Assembly: GCF_009834185.1 (NCBI RefSeq)
Contig: NZ_CP047173.1
Span: 1,391,725 to 1,455,724 of the forward strand
DNA length: 64,000 nt
Direction: 5' to 3'
Origin: Rathayibacter sp. VKM Ac-2760
GTDB taxonomy: Bacteria; Actinomycetota; Actinomycetes; Actinomycetales; Microbacteriaceae
In this document: piece by piece, positions 8,707 to 18,243 of the stretch
How the letters are laid out: every line of letters starts with the position of its first letter
Numbering within the stretch: the first letter of the stretch is position 1
The notes under the pieces: generated by a model
What the model was told of the DNA's origin: nothing
The model's database searches: none
What the model saw: only the letters and a program-made list of their open reading frames with translations
Position numbers and translations under genes: made by a program

Positions 8707-9851
8707 CAGGCGCCGGCGGTCTTCAGCACGCCGCAGGCGCCGCAGGCCGCGCAGCCCGCCTTCTGGCCGGAGGAGAGCATCCCCGCCGCGATCAGCAGCG
8801 CGGCGACCTGCTCGCTCACCTTCTCCAGCAGCGAGCCGGCCGGCGGCAGGACGTGGTCCACCTCCGTCGCGAGCGTGCCCCTGAGCGGCCGGAACGGCAC
8901 CACGAACGGGTAGATCCCGCGCTCGATCAGCTCGCCGGCGCTCGCGACCAGCTCGTCGGGATCCTCGCCGAGGCCGACGAGCAGGTAGGTCGAGACCTGG
9001 TTGCGGCCGAAGATCCGCACCGCCTCGTCCCAGGCCTCCCAGTACTTCGCGGTCGAGACGCGCGCCTTGCCGGGGGTCCAGCGGCGGCGGATGTCGTCGT
9101 CCATCGACTCGATGTGGATGCCGATCGAGAGGGCGCCGGCGTCCTTCAGCTCCTGCAGCGCGGCGAGGTCCTCCGGCGGCTCGCACTGCACCTGGATCGG
9201 CAGCCCGGGCACGGCCTCGAGCACAGCGCGGACGCAGCGGGCGAGGTGCCGGGCGCCGCGGTCGCGACCCTTCGAGGTGCCGGTGGTCATCACCATCTGG
9301 CGGATGCCGTCCAGCCGGGCGGCTGCCTCGGCGACCTCGGCGAGCTGCGCGGGGGTCTTCACGGCGATGGTGGAGTCGTTGGCGAGCGAGGCCTCGATCG
9401 CGCAGAAGCGGCAGCGCTCGGCCGCGTCGTAGCGCATGCAGGTCTGCACGACGGTGGTGGCGAGGATGTTCCGGCCGTGCAGGCGGGCGATCTTCTCGTA
9501 GGAGACGCCGTCGGCGGTGCTGAGGTCGTAGAAGCGCGGGCGCTTCACCGGCTCCACGTCGAGGCCGATGTCGGCGCCGTCGAGCAGGAGCCGGCCGTTG
9601 GTCACGGCGTAGGGGCTCTTCGGGTTGACGGGGATGGCGGCGCCGAGGCCGCCGAGCATCACGTGGCCGTCGTCGCTCGGGCCGGCGCCCGCCTCGCGGT
9701 GCACGGGGGCGTCGACGCGGATGCCCTGCAGGGCGATGTCGACGCGGGTGCGCAGGGCGGACGGGGCGGCTCCGCAGCCGGAGTCGGCGGGAGCGGTGTC
9801 GGTCGGGGCACTGTCGATGGTGCGGAGGCGGGGCATCTGCAGGTCGGTCAT
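8706..9851 (-). CDS. radical SAM protein, MSMEG_0568 family
   Basis: 381 aa with a Cys-rich radical SAM core (CxxxCxxC-like: RCRFCAIE) and a C-terminal CAACGACG cluster. It is the first gene of a minus-strand operon diverging from the Sll0783-type operon. Confidence 0.85.
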   Translation of the reverse strand: MTDLQMPRLRTIDSAPTDTAPADSGCGAAPSALRTRVDIALQGIRVDAPVHREAGAGPSDDGHVMLGGLGAAIPVNPKSPYAVTNGRLLLDGADIGLDVEPVKRPRFYDLSTADGVSYEKIARLHGRNILATTVVQTCMRYDAAERCRFCAIEASLANDSTIAVKTPAQLAEVAEAAARLDGIRQMVMTTGTSKGRDRGARHLARCVRAVLEAVPGLPIQVQCEPPEDLAALQELKDAGALSIGIHIESMDDDIRRRWTPGKARVSTAKYWEAWDEAVRIFGRNQVSTYLLVGLGEDPDELVASAGELIERGIYPFVVPFRPLRGTLATEVDHVLPPAGSLLEKVSEQVAALLIAAGMLSSGQKAGCAACGACGVLKTAGA

Positions 9852-9928
9852 GGTGCTCCTCGGATTCTCGAGTCGAGCGGTGCGCGACGGCGAGTCCGAC
9901 GTCGTGAGCCTCCATTAGGTCAACGCGG

Positions 9929-9975
9929 TGTTTCGGAGCGATGACATCGGGAACGCGATCGTGTTACATCCGGCG
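9929..9975. promoter_or_regulatory. candidate GlnR-type operator in the divergent promoter (GTAAC-n6-GCGTTC-n5-GTCAT-n6-GAAAC read on the minus strand)
   Basis: Two half-site pairs matching the actinobacterial gTnAc-n6-GaAAc pattern, in the 378-bp gap between the radical SAM and Sll0783-family genes. This is inference only. Confidence 0.3.
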
Positions 9976-10229
9976 GCCGCCCCGGAGCCCGCCCGGCGTC
10001 ACGCAGGCTTCTTCTGGCCGAAACCACTTCGAAACACGAGCGGCCTTGACTGGACGCAGTCGGGACGAACGCTCCCGACCCGGCCCCGTCGCTCCGCTCG
10101 CCCTCGAACCGCCCCGAGCGACGCCGGCCTCTGCATCACAGCACCGCCCGTTCCACCCGGCACTCCTGTCCCTGCACCACTCGCTCGCGCCCCGCCCGGC
10201 GCGCTCCTCACCGAACCCCGGAGGTTCCC

Positions 10230-10799
10230 ATGACCGACGACCAGACCACCCCCGCCGACGTCAGCACGGACGACCAGGCCGCGATCGAAGAGCAGATCAG
10301 CGCCAACATCGAGAAGTCGCGCGGCGAGATCGCGCACCCCTCGCTGCCCAAGGGCAGCAACCTCTACGGCTCCACCAAGGTCTTCCCCGACTACCAGGCC
10401 GAGCCCGGGCAGTCCTACTTCACCCTCGTGCACGGCATCGCGCACGAGTCCTCGGTCAGCTTCGTCGCGATCCTGCAGGCGACCCGCGCGGCCCGCAAGG
10501 GCTTCGAGTCGGCCGTCTACTTCTACGGCCCCGGCACGATCAACGCGATGGCGACCCGTGGCTTCCCGACGGTCGGCGACTCCGGCTTCCCGGGGGAGCA
10601 GAACATCAACGACGCCCTGAAGACCTTCATCGACGAGGGCAACCGCGTCTTCGTCTGCCGCTTCGGCATGGCGCTGCACGGCCTGCGCGAGGAGGACCTG
10701 ATCGAGGGCACCATCCCCTGCCACCCGCTCGACGTGCAGGACGCCGTCATCCACTACGCCCGCAAGGGCGCCATCATCAACTCGACCTACAACCTCTAG
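10230..10799 (+). CDS. MSMEG_0572 / Sll0783-family nitrogen-starvation-response protein
   Basis: 189 aa. It is the first gene of a plus-strand operon, with an RBS GGAGG upstream. Family assignment is from recalled family knowledge and gene context (Nit, small protein, FAD oxidoreductase, GT downstream). Confidence 0.75.
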   Translation: MTDDQTTPADVSTDDQAAIEEQISANIEKSRGEIAHPSLPKGSNLYGSTKVFPDYQAEPGQSYFTLVHGIAHESSVSFVAILQATRAARKGFESAVYFYGPGTINAMATRGFPTVGDSGFPGEQNINDALKTFIDEGNRVFVCRFGMALHGLREEDLIEGTIPCHPLDVQDAVIHYARKGAIINSTYNL

Positions 10800-10808
10800 G
10801 CCGCCGCC

Positions 10809-11687
10809 ATGACCGTCGTCGGATCGGTCGCGGCGAACTTCACCCGCGACCTCGATCAGAACTACGCGCTCATCGCCGCGCTGGCCGAGGAGGCCCGGGA
10901 GAAGCGGGTCGAGTTCCTCGTCCTGCCCGAGGCCGCGATCGGCGGCTACCTCTCCTCGCTCGGCAATCACGGCGACACCGTCAAGACGACGACCCGATCG
11001 ATGCCACCGGCGATCGCGCTGGACGGGCCGGAGCTGCGCCGGGTGCAGGAGATCGCGGGCGACCTGCTGGTCGCGATCGGCTTCTGCGAGCTCGACGAGG
11101 ACGGCGAGACCCGCTACAACGCGGCCGCCCTGCTCGACGGCGGGCAGATCTACGGCAGCTACCGCAAGGTGCACCAGCCGCTCGGCGAGCACATGTCCTA
11201 CTCGCCCGGGCCCGGCTACTCGGTCTTCGAGACGCCGGTCGGCCGGGTCGGGCTGCAGATCTGCTACGACAAGGCCTTCCCGGAGGCGGCCCGCTCGATG
11301 GCGCTGGACGGGGCGGAGATCATCGCCTCGCTCTCGGCCTGGCCGGCCGCGCGGACGGCGACGGCGGAGAACCTGCAGGAGGACCGCTGGACCTACCGCT
11401 TCAACCAGTTCGACATCGCGCGGGCCCTGGACAACCAGGTGTTCTGGCTGGCGTCGAACCAGTCCGGCACCTTCGGGTCGCTCCGCTACGTGGGCAACGC
11501 GAAGGTCGTCGATCCGGGCGGCAACATCCTCGCGACGACGCTGCTCGGCTCCGGCATGGCGGTCGCCGACATCGACGTGCGGGGCACCTTCGAGGCGATG
11601 CGCGGCGGGATGTTCCACCTGCGCGACCGCCGGCCGGACGCCTACGACATCGACCGCGTCTGGAGCGGAGGGCTGGTCCATGCCTGA
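10809..11687 (+). CDS. carbon-nitrogen hydrolase (nitrilase/Nit superfamily)
   Basis: Intact E-K-C triad context (LVLPEAAIGGY, YRKVH, GLQICYDKAFPE). Confidence 0.85.
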   Translation: MTVVGSVAANFTRDLDQNYALIAALAEEAREKRVEFLVLPEAAIGGYLSSLGNHGDTVKTTTRSMPPAIALDGPELRRVQEIAGDLLVAIGFCELDEDGETRYNAAALLDGGQIYGSYRKVHQPLGEHMSYSPGPGYSVFETPVGRVGLQICYDKAFPEAARSMALDGAEIIASLSAWPAARTATAENLQEDRWTYRFNQFDIARALDNQVFWLASNQSGTFGSLRYVGNAKVVDPGGNILATTLLGSGMAVADIDVRGTFEAMRGGMFHLRDRRPDAYDIDRVWSGGLVHA

Positions 11688-12000
11688 GATGACCTTCCAC
11701 GTCCGCTGGCCGGACGGCGTCGAGGAGCGCTGCTACTCGCCGAGCCTGGTGATGCACGACTACCTCGCCGAGGGCGAGAGCTATCCGCTCGAGGACTTCG
11801 TCGGGCGCTCGACCGAGGCGCTGCGGCTGGCCAGCGAGCGGGTGCGCGCGAAGTTCGGCTTCGCCTGCACCTCCGCGCTGCAGCAGGAGTCGGAGATCGT
11901 CGCGGCCGCCGCGCGCTTCGACGGCGGGCGGGTGCGGGTGCTGGCGATGGATCCGCCGCTGCCGTCCGCTGCTCCGACCGTGCAGGGGACGCGCGCATGA
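11680..12000 (+). CDS. small conserved protein, MSMEG_0570-like
   Basis: 106 aa. It overlaps the upstream stop by 8 nt and the downstream start by 4 nt. Position and size match the small cluster member. Confidence 0.65.
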   Translation: MPEMTFHVRWPDGVEERCYSPSLVMHDYLAEGESYPLEDFVGRSTEALRLASERVRAKFGFACTSALQQESEIVAAAARFDGGRVRVLAMDPPLPSAAPTVQGTRA

Positions 12001-13271
12001 CCGCGCTCGAGAACGGCCGGCACCTGCCGGTCGCCGTGATCGGCGCCGGTCAGGCCGGGCTGTCGATCAGCCGCCTGCTCACGGACGAGGGCGTCGAGCA
12101 CCTCGTGATCGAGCGCGACACGATCGCGCACGACTGGCTCGACCGCCGCTGGGACAACTTCACCCTCGTCACGCCGAACTGGCAGTGCCGGCTCCCGGGT
12201 TACCCCTACGACGGCGACGACCCGCACGGCTTCATGACCCGCGACGAGGTGCACGCCTGGGTGCGGCGCTACGCGGAGTCGTTCGACGCTCCGGTCGTGG
12301 AGGACACCGAGGTGCTGCGGCTGCGCGAGGGCGCGGACGGGGCCTTCGAGATCGTCACCTCGCGCGGCACGATCACGGCCGACCAGGTCGTCGTCGCGAC
12401 CGGCGGCTACCACCGGCCGGTGCTGCCGGCGGTCGCGCACCGCATCCCGGACTCGGTCGTGCAGCTGCACTCGGCCGACTACCGCTCGGCCGCGGCGCTG
12501 CCCGAGGGCGGGGTGCTCGTGGTCGGCTCCGGCCAGTCCGGCGCGCAGATCGCGGAGGACCTCTTCCTCGAGGGGCGCGCCGTGCACCTGGCGCTGGGGA
12601 CCGCTCCGAGAGTCGCCCGGTTCTACCGCGGGCGGGACTGCGTCGCGTGGCTCGCCGACATGGGCGTCTACGACGTGCCGGTGCACGCGCAGGTGGGCGG
12701 GCTCTCGAAGCGGGAGTCGACCAATCACTACGTCACCGGGCGCGGCGGCGGGCGGGATATCGACCTGCGGGCGTTCGCGCGCGACGGGATGCACCTCTAC
12801 GGGCGGCTGCAGCAGGTCGACGGTGCGTCGCTCCGGTTCGCGCCGACGGCCGAGGCGTCGCTCGACTACGCGGACTCGGTCGCCGAGTCGATCAAGAACG
12901 ACATCGACGCCTACATCGAGCGCTCGGGCGTGCAGGCGCCGACCGAGGCCCGCTACACCCCGGTCTGGCGGCCGGAGCGCGAGATCGAGGAGCTGGACCT
13001 GGCGGCCGCCGGGATCACGAGCATCGTCTGGGCGGTCGGCTTCCGCGCCGACTACTCCTGGATGCAGATCGGCGTCTTCGACGGCGCCGGGCACCCCACC
13101 CACCGCCGCGGCGCGACCGCGGTGCCGGGGCTGCACTTCCTCGGGCTGCCGTGGCTGAACACCTGGGGCTCCGGCCGCTTCGAGGCGATCGCGCGGGATG
13201 CGGAGCACGTGGTGCAGCAGCTGCTCGGCGGCGCGCGGTTGGACCGGTTCGAGGGCGCCGCGGTACGGTGA
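11997..13271 (+). CDS. FAD-dependent oxidoreductase (flavin monooxygenase-like), MSMEG_0569-type
   Basis: Two Rossmann dinucleotide motifs (VIGAGQAG and VVGSGQSG) typical of class B flavoprotein monooxygenases. Confidence 0.85.
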   Translation: MTALENGRHLPVAVIGAGQAGLSISRLLTDEGVEHLVIERDTIAHDWLDRRWDNFTLVTPNWQCRLPGYPYDGDDPHGFMTRDEVHAWVRRYAESFDAPVVEDTEVLRLREGADGAFEIVTSRGTITADQVVVATGGYHRPVLPAVAHRIPDSVVQLHSADYRSAAALPEGGVLVVGSGQSGAQIAEDLFLEGRAVHLALGTAPRVARFYRGRDCVAWLADMGVYDVPVHAQVGGLSKRESTNHYVTGRGGGRDIDLRAFARDGMHLYGRLQQVDGASLRFAPTAEASLDYADSVAESIKNDIDAYIERSGVQAPTEARYTPVWRPEREIEELDLAAAGITSIVWAVGFRADYSWMQIGVFDGAGHPTHRRGATAVPGLHFLGLPWLNTWGSGRFEAIARDAEHVVQQLLGGARLDRFEGAAVR

Positions 13272-13352
13272 CGGCCGCGCGCTCGCCCCGGGCGCGCCTC
13301 CGGCCGCTCGTCCGGCCGCTCGTCCGGCCGGGCGGGGCGAGAGAAGAGGACC

Positions 13353-14207
13353 ATGTCGAGCATCACCCTGGCCGCGGTCGCGGCGCACTTCGGCCGCGAT
13401 CTCGAGCGCACCCTCGTCAAGCTGCCCGGCATGATCGCGAGCGCGCAGGAGCGCGGGATCGACCTGCTGGTGCTGCCCGACGCGACGCTCGGCGGCTACC
13501 TGCTCGACATGCACCACCCCGGCCCGGACGACCTGCCGCAGGCCGTGGAGGTCGACGGGCCGGAGGTCGCCGCGGTCGCGGCGATGGCGGGGGACACGAC
13601 GGTGTGCTTCGGCATCGCCGAGCGCGCGCTCGAGGGCGGCGAGGTCCGCCGCTACAACTCGGCGGTCTGCGTGCAGGGCGGCCGGGTGATCGGGACGCAC
13701 CGGAAGGTGCACCTGCCGCTGGGCGAATCGGAGGCGTACGCGGCGGGCGACGCGTTCCGCTCCTTCGACTCCGCGGTCGGGCGGATCGGGATGATGATCG
13801 ACTTCGACAAGACCTTCCCCGAGTCGGCGCGCTCGCTGGCGCTGGACGGGGCGGAGATCCTCTGCTGCCTCAGCGCCTGGCCGGCCAGCGTCACCGACCG
13901 GTCCGACCGGATCCGCAACGACCGGCAGGCGCACCTGTTCGACCTCTACGACTGCGCGCGCGCCGCCGAGAACCAGGTCTACCTGGTGTCCTCGAACCAG
14001 ACAGGCGTGCTCGGCGGGCTGCGCTTCCTCGGGCAGGCGAAGGTCGTCGATCCGGCCGGCGAGATCATCGCGAAGACGTGGGCGAAGGGCGGGCTCGCGG
14101 TCGCGACGGACGACGTGTCCGCGTCCGTGGCGCGAGCCCGGCGGAGCATGGACCACCTGCGGGACCGCGCCGTGCACGCGTACCACGGGGCGGCGCCCAC
14201 CGGCTGA
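13353..14207 (+). CDS. Nit-superfamily paralog with substituted catalytic residues (probable pseudoenzyme or altered chemistry)
   Basis: Aligns along its length to the 10809 Nit gene, but the nucleophile Cys motif ICYDKAFPE reads IDFDKTFPE (C to D) and the Glu in LPEAAIGGY reads LPDATLGGY (E to D). The Lys (HRKVH) is kept. Confidence 0.8.
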   Translation: MSSITLAAVAAHFGRDLERTLVKLPGMIASAQERGIDLLVLPDATLGGYLLDMHHPGPDDLPQAVEVDGPEVAAVAAMAGDTTVCFGIAERALEGGEVRRYNSAVCVQGGRVIGTHRKVHLPLGESEAYAAGDAFRSFDSAVGRIGMMIDFDKTFPESARSLALDGAEILCCLSAWPASVTDRSDRIRNDRQAHLFDLYDCARAAENQVYLVSSNQTGVLGGLRFLGQAKVVDPAGEIIAKTWAKGGLAVATDDVSASVARARRSMDHLRDRAVHAYHGAAPTG

Positions 14208-14278
14208 CCCGGCCGGCCTGCCCGCCCGGCTGCCCGGCCCCGCTGCCCACCCGCCCGCTCGATCGAGAAGGAGACCCC

Positions 14279-15385
14279 GTGCGGATCGCGCAGCTGACCT
14301 ACTCCACCAGGCCCCGCGGCGGCGTGGTGCACACGCTCGCGCTCTCGGAGGCGCTGGCCCGGCGCGGGCACGAGGTGACCGTCTGGACGCTCGGCCGCGG
14401 CGGTGACTCCGCCTTCTTCCGCGCGGTCGATCCCGCCGTGGCGGTCCGGGTCGTGCCGTTCGCGGCGCGAGAGGGCGAGAGCGTCGGCGACCGGATCGTC
14501 CGCTCCCTCGATGCGCTCGCGGCCGGGCTCGCGGCGACGGGCGGGACGGAGTGGGACGTCGTGCACGCGCAGGACTGCATCTCGGCCAACGCCGCGCTCC
14601 GTGCCGGCGCCGCCGGACCGGGCGGGCTGCTGCGCACCGTGCACCACCTCGATGAGTTCACGACGCCGGCGCTGATCGACTGCCACGAGCGCGCGCTCAC
14701 CGGGCCGGCCGCGCTGCTCGCGGTCTCGGCGTCGGTCGCGGGCGACGTCGCCGCAGGCTGGGGCCGCGAGCCGACCGTGATCCCGAACGGCGTCGACGCC
14801 GCGCGCTTCGCCGCCGCCGCGGGCGGCCAGGGGGTCGCCGAGTGGCGGGCCGAGCTCGGCCGCTACGTGCTCGCGCTCGGCGGCATCGAGCCGCGGAAGG
14901 GCAGCGTCGACCTGCTGGCGGCGTTCGCGGGACTCGCGCCCGGCACGGTGCTCGTCTTCGGCGGCGGGGAGACGCTGTTCGACTACCGGGGCTATCGCGA
15001 GGAGTTCGAGCGCCGGGCGGCCGAGCTGGGGGTGACGCCGGTCGTGCTCGGCACGGTGCCCGAGGAGCGGCTCGCAGCGCTCGTCGCCGGCGCGGCGGTG
15101 CTCGGCTTCGTCTCGACCAAGGAGGGCTTCGGCCTCGCGGCGATGGAGGCGCTCGCCGCGGGGGTGCCGGTCGTCGCGCGCGATCTGCCGGTGCTGCGCG
15201 AGGTGTTCGGCGGGACGGTGGCGTACGGGAGCGACGTGGCGGGCATCCGGGCGGCGCTGGCCGCGGCGCTCGCGGGGGAGGCGCCGGACCCGCGGCCCGG
15301 GCGGGAGCTGGCCTTCTCGCACTCCTGGGACGACGTCGCCGCGAGCCACGAGGCCCTGTACCGGTCGCACGCGAGCGCCGCCTGA
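14279..15385 (+). CDS. glycosyltransferase family 4 (MSMEG_0565-type)
   Basis: GTG start with a GAGAAGGAG RBS. GT-B fold with the EGFGLAAMEALAAGVPVV motif. It sits inside a 1066-aa shadow ORF in the track. Confidence 0.85.
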   Translation: MRIAQLTYSTRPRGGVVHTLALSEALARRGHEVTVWTLGRGGDSAFFRAVDPAVAVRVVPFAAREGESVGDRIVRSLDALAAGLAATGGTEWDVVHAQDCISANAALRAGAAGPGGLLRTVHHLDEFTTPALIDCHERALTGPAALLAVSASVAGDVAAGWGREPTVIPNGVDAARFAAAAGGQGVAEWRAELGRYVLALGGIEPRKGSVDLLAAFAGLAPGTVLVFGGGETLFDYRGYREEFERRAAELGVTPVVLGTVPEERLAALVAGAAVLGFVSTKEGFGLAAMEALAAGVPVVARDLPVLREVFGGTVAYGSDVAGIRAALAAALAGEAPDPRPGRELAFSHSWDDVAASHEALYRSHASAA

Positions 15386-16800
15386 TGCGCCGCTCGTTCT
15401 CGCGCTGCTTCTCGGCGCTCGCCGCGGAGGATCCCGAGCGGGTCGTGGTCGTCGCGGACGACGCGACGCTCACCGCGGGCGCCCTGGACCGGGCCTCGAA
15501 CCGGCTCGCGCGCGCCTACGCGGCGCGGGGCGTCACTCCGGACTCGCTCGTCGCGGTCTCGCTGCCGAACTCGGCCGAGCTGGTGCTGGCCTGCGCCGCG
15601 ATCTGGAAGGCGGGCGCGACGCCGCAGCCGCTCTCGCGCGGGCTCTCGGCGCGGGAGCTCGCCGAGGTCGGCGCGCTCGGGCGGCCCACGCTGAGCGTCG
15701 GCGTCGAGCTGGAGGGCGTGCCGTTCGTCCCCGCCGGCTTCGAGCCCGACCCGGCGCTGCCGGACGACGAGCTGCCGGATCTCCGGGCGGCGTCGTGGAA
15801 GGCGCCCGCCTCCTCCGGCAGCACCGGTCGGCCGAAGATCGTTCTCGCGGCGGCTCCCGCGCTGATGGACCCGACGCAGCCGGTCGCGGCCTTCCTGCCG
15901 CGGGAGGGGGTGCAGCTCGTGGCCGGGCCGCTCACCCACTCCGCGACCTTCACCTACGCGTTCCGCGGGCTCCTGACCGGGCAGCGGCTGGTGATCCTGC
16001 CGCGCTTCGACGAGGCGCGGGTGCTCGCCGCGATCGCGGCGCACCGGGTGACCTGGGCGCTGCTGGTGCCGACGATGATCCACCGGCTGCTGCGGACGCC
16101 CGCGCACCGGGACGCGGACGTGTCGTCGCTCGAGACGGTGCTGCACCTGGGCTCGCCGTGCCCGCCCGCGGACAAGCGCGCGCTGATCGACTGGGTCGGG
16201 GCGGAGAAGGTGGTCGAGGTCTACGCGGGCAGCGAGTCGAACGGGCTGACGATGATCCGCGGCGACGAGTGGCTGGAGCGGCCCGGCAGTGTCGGCCGGC
16301 CGATCGGCGGCACGGAGCTTCGGGTGCTGCGCCCGGACGGGACGGAGTGCGCGGTCGGTGAGCCGGGGCGGGTCTGGCTGAAGCGCGGCGAGCCGACCTA
16401 CCGCTACCTCGGCGGGGAGTCGAAGCGGACGGAGGACGGCTGGGACACGCTCGGCGACGTCGGCTCGGTCGACGCCGACGGCTACCTGACCGTGCTCGAC
16501 CGGGCCGACGACCTGATCCTGCGCGGCGGGGTGAACGTCTACCCGGCGGAGATCGAGCGGGTGCTGGAGGAGCACCCGGCGGTGCGCGGGGCGGTCGCGT
16601 ACGGCGTCCCGGATGCGGAGCTGGGCCAGGCGATCGAGGCGGTGGTCGACATCGCGGACGCCGCAGTGACGGCGGAGGAGCTGCTCGCCTTCGCGCGCGA
16701 GCACCTCGGCTCACGCGCGCCGCGGGCGCTGCGGCTCCAGCGCTCGCCGCTGCGCGACGACGCGGGCAAGGTGCGGCGCGCGGCGCTCGCGGACGACTGA
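15385..16800 (+). CDS. AMP-dependent synthetase/ligase (acyl-CoA synthetase family)
   Basis: AMP-binding motif SSGSTGRPK and adenylation core (YAGSE, GWDTLGDVG, LILRGGVNVYP). Its start overlaps the GT stop (TGATG). Confidence 0.85.
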   Translation: MRRSFSRCFSALAAEDPERVVVVADDATLTAGALDRASNRLARAYAARGVTPDSLVAVSLPNSAELVLACAAIWKAGATPQPLSRGLSARELAEVGALGRPTLSVGVELEGVPFVPAGFEPDPALPDDELPDLRAASWKAPASSGSTGRPKIVLAAAPALMDPTQPVAAFLPREGVQLVAGPLTHSATFTYAFRGLLTGQRLVILPRFDEARVLAAIAAHRVTWALLVPTMIHRLLRTPAHRDADVSSLETVLHLGSPCPPADKRALIDWVGAEKVVEVYAGSESNGLTMIRGDEWLERPGSVGRPIGGTELRVLRPDGTECAVGEPGRVWLKRGEPTYRYLGGESKRTEDGWDTLGDVGSVDADGYLTVLDRADDLILRGGVNVYPAEIERVLEEHPAVRGAVAYGVPDAELGQAIEAVVDIADAAVTAEELLAFAREHLGSRAPRALRLQRSPLRDDAGKVRRAALADD

Positions 16801-16847
16801 GCAGCCGCGCAGGCGGGGCCCGCGAGTGGCCGCCGCCCGCAGGTCGC

Positions 16848-16922
16848 CGCACAACATCAGCTGAGAGGTGGGTCCCTCCCCCCACAGCGGAGGCCCTCCC
16901 TTCTCAGCTGATGTTGTGCGGG
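16848..16922. repeat. palindromic element, family 2 copy B
   Basis: CACAACATCAGCTGAGAGG...CCTTCTCAGCTGATGTTGTG, nearly perfectly palindromic including the loop. It lies 3' of the ligase. Confidence 0.8.
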
Positions 16923-17028
16923 GCTCGACGGCCGTCTCCGGTTTCGGAACGCCCCGGACGGGGAAGTGGAGGAGTGCCCCTTCCCCGGAGTCGTCCCGCG
17001 CGGCTCCGCAGCACCGAGAGGAACCCCC

Positions 17029-18111
17029 GTGGTCGCCATCGCCCCGCTCCGAGACCGCTTCGACGGAGTCGAGAGGATCGCCGTGCTCCGCGGTGGCGGA
17101 CTCGGCGATCTGCTCTTCGCGCTGCCCGCCGTGGACGCGCTCGCCGCCGCGTACCCGGGCGCCGAGATCACCCTGCTCGGCACTCCGGCGCACCGCGTGC
17201 TGATCGAGGGCAGCGACGCGCCCGTGGCGGGCGTCGAGGTGCTGCCGGTGGCGCAGGGTGTGCGCGACGGCGACGGGGAGGACGAGCGGATCGTCGAGGA
17301 CTTCACGGCCCGGATGCGCGCCCGGCGCTTCGACCTCGCGGTGCAGCTGCACGGCGGCGGGCGCTTCTCCAACCCGTTCCTGCTACGGCTCGGCGCGCGG
17401 CACACGATCGGCACGCGCACCGACGACGCGGCGGACCTGGAGCGCACCATCCCCTACGTCTATTACCAGCACGAGATGCTGCGCGCGCTCGAGGTCGTCG
17501 GGCTCGCGGGCGCGCCGGCGGTGCGGCTGGAGCCGTCGCTGCAGGTCGACCCGGAGCGCCGCGACCGGCTCGCCGCGGTGCTGCCCGACGGCGGACCGCT
17601 GGTGCTGATCCACCCGGGGGCGACGGACGTGCGGCGGCGCTGGGCGAGCGCGTCCTTCGCCGAGGTGGCGCGGGCGCTGCTGGCGGACGGGGCGCGCGTG
17701 CTCGTGGTCGGCGACGCCTCCGACGTGCCCGCCGCCGACGCGATCGTCGCGGGCGCGCCGGGCGCCGTGTCGTGGGCCGGCGCGGTCGAGCTGCCGGACC
17801 TCGCTCCGCTGCTCTCGCTCGCCGACCTCGTGCTCGGCAACGACAGCGGACCGCGGCACCTCGCAGCGGCGGTCGGGGCGCCCACGGTCGGCGTCTTCTG
17901 GGTGGGCAACGCGATCAACGCCCAGCCCCTCGGCCGCCAGCGCCACCGCGTCCAGCTGAGCTGGACCACCCGCTGCCCGGTCTGCGGCATCGACGTCACG
18001 CAGGTCGGCTGGACCGCCCCGCGCTGCGAGCACGAGCTGTCCTTCGTCGACGACGTCCCCGTCTCCCGCGTCCTGGAGGACGCCCGAGCCGTCCTCGCCT
18101 CGACCAGCTGA
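17029..18111 (+). CDS. glycosyltransferase family 9 (ADP-heptose:acceptor heptosyltransferase-like)
   Basis: GT9 motifs (RGGGLGDLLFALPAV...HPGATDVRRRW...GNDSGPRHLAAAVGAPTV). The start is a GTG with a GAGAGGA RBS. Confidence 0.85.
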   Translation: MVAIAPLRDRFDGVERIAVLRGGGLGDLLFALPAVDALAAAYPGAEITLLGTPAHRVLIEGSDAPVAGVEVLPVAQGVRDGDGEDERIVEDFTARMRARRFDLAVQLHGGGRFSNPFLLRLGARHTIGTRTDDAADLERTIPYVYYQHEMLRALEVVGLAGAPAVRLEPSLQVDPERRDRLAAVLPDGGPLVLIHPGATDVRRRWASASFAEVARALLADGARVLVVGDASDVPAADAIVAGAPGAVSWAGAVELPDLAPLLSLADLVLGNDSGPRHLAAAVGAPTVGVFWVGNAINAQPLGRQRHRVQLSWTTRCPVCGIDVTQVGWTAPRCEHELSFVDDVPVSRVLEDARAVLASTS

Positions 18112-18132
18112 CGACGCCCGGGCCTTGCCCCA

Positions 18133-18206
18133 ACCGCGAGATGCCACTTATGAGCGGCGACACCGGCGTGTCGCGCTCATAAGTGGCATCTCGCGGGAGG
18201 GGTCGG
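18133..18206. repeat. palindromic REP-like element, family 1 copy 3
   Basis: CGCGAGATGCCACTTATGAGCG...CGCTCATAAGTGGCATCTCGCG, between the convergent GT9 and SDR genes. Arm mismatches are compensated (G to A on both arms), so the stem is preserved. Confidence 0.85.
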
Positions 18207-18243
18207 ACGCGGGTGAGCGTCAGACGTCCTGGGCGTCAGCGGG

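Noticed and set aside
7321-9915. 864-aa single ORF (7321..9915 -)
   Set aside because: Its upstream two-thirds is an off-frame read-through across the radical SAM gene. The real GNAT/AIRS gene starts at the internal Met at 8706, ATGA-coupled to the radical SAM stop.
9941-14186. Long antisense or off-frame ORFs (9941..11692 +, 9999..11681 -, 11781..14186 -, 13979..15370 -) over the Sll0783 operon
   Set aside because: The translations are PRGR/RRAG low-complexity, while the opposite or alternative frames carry clean Nit, FMO and GT domains.
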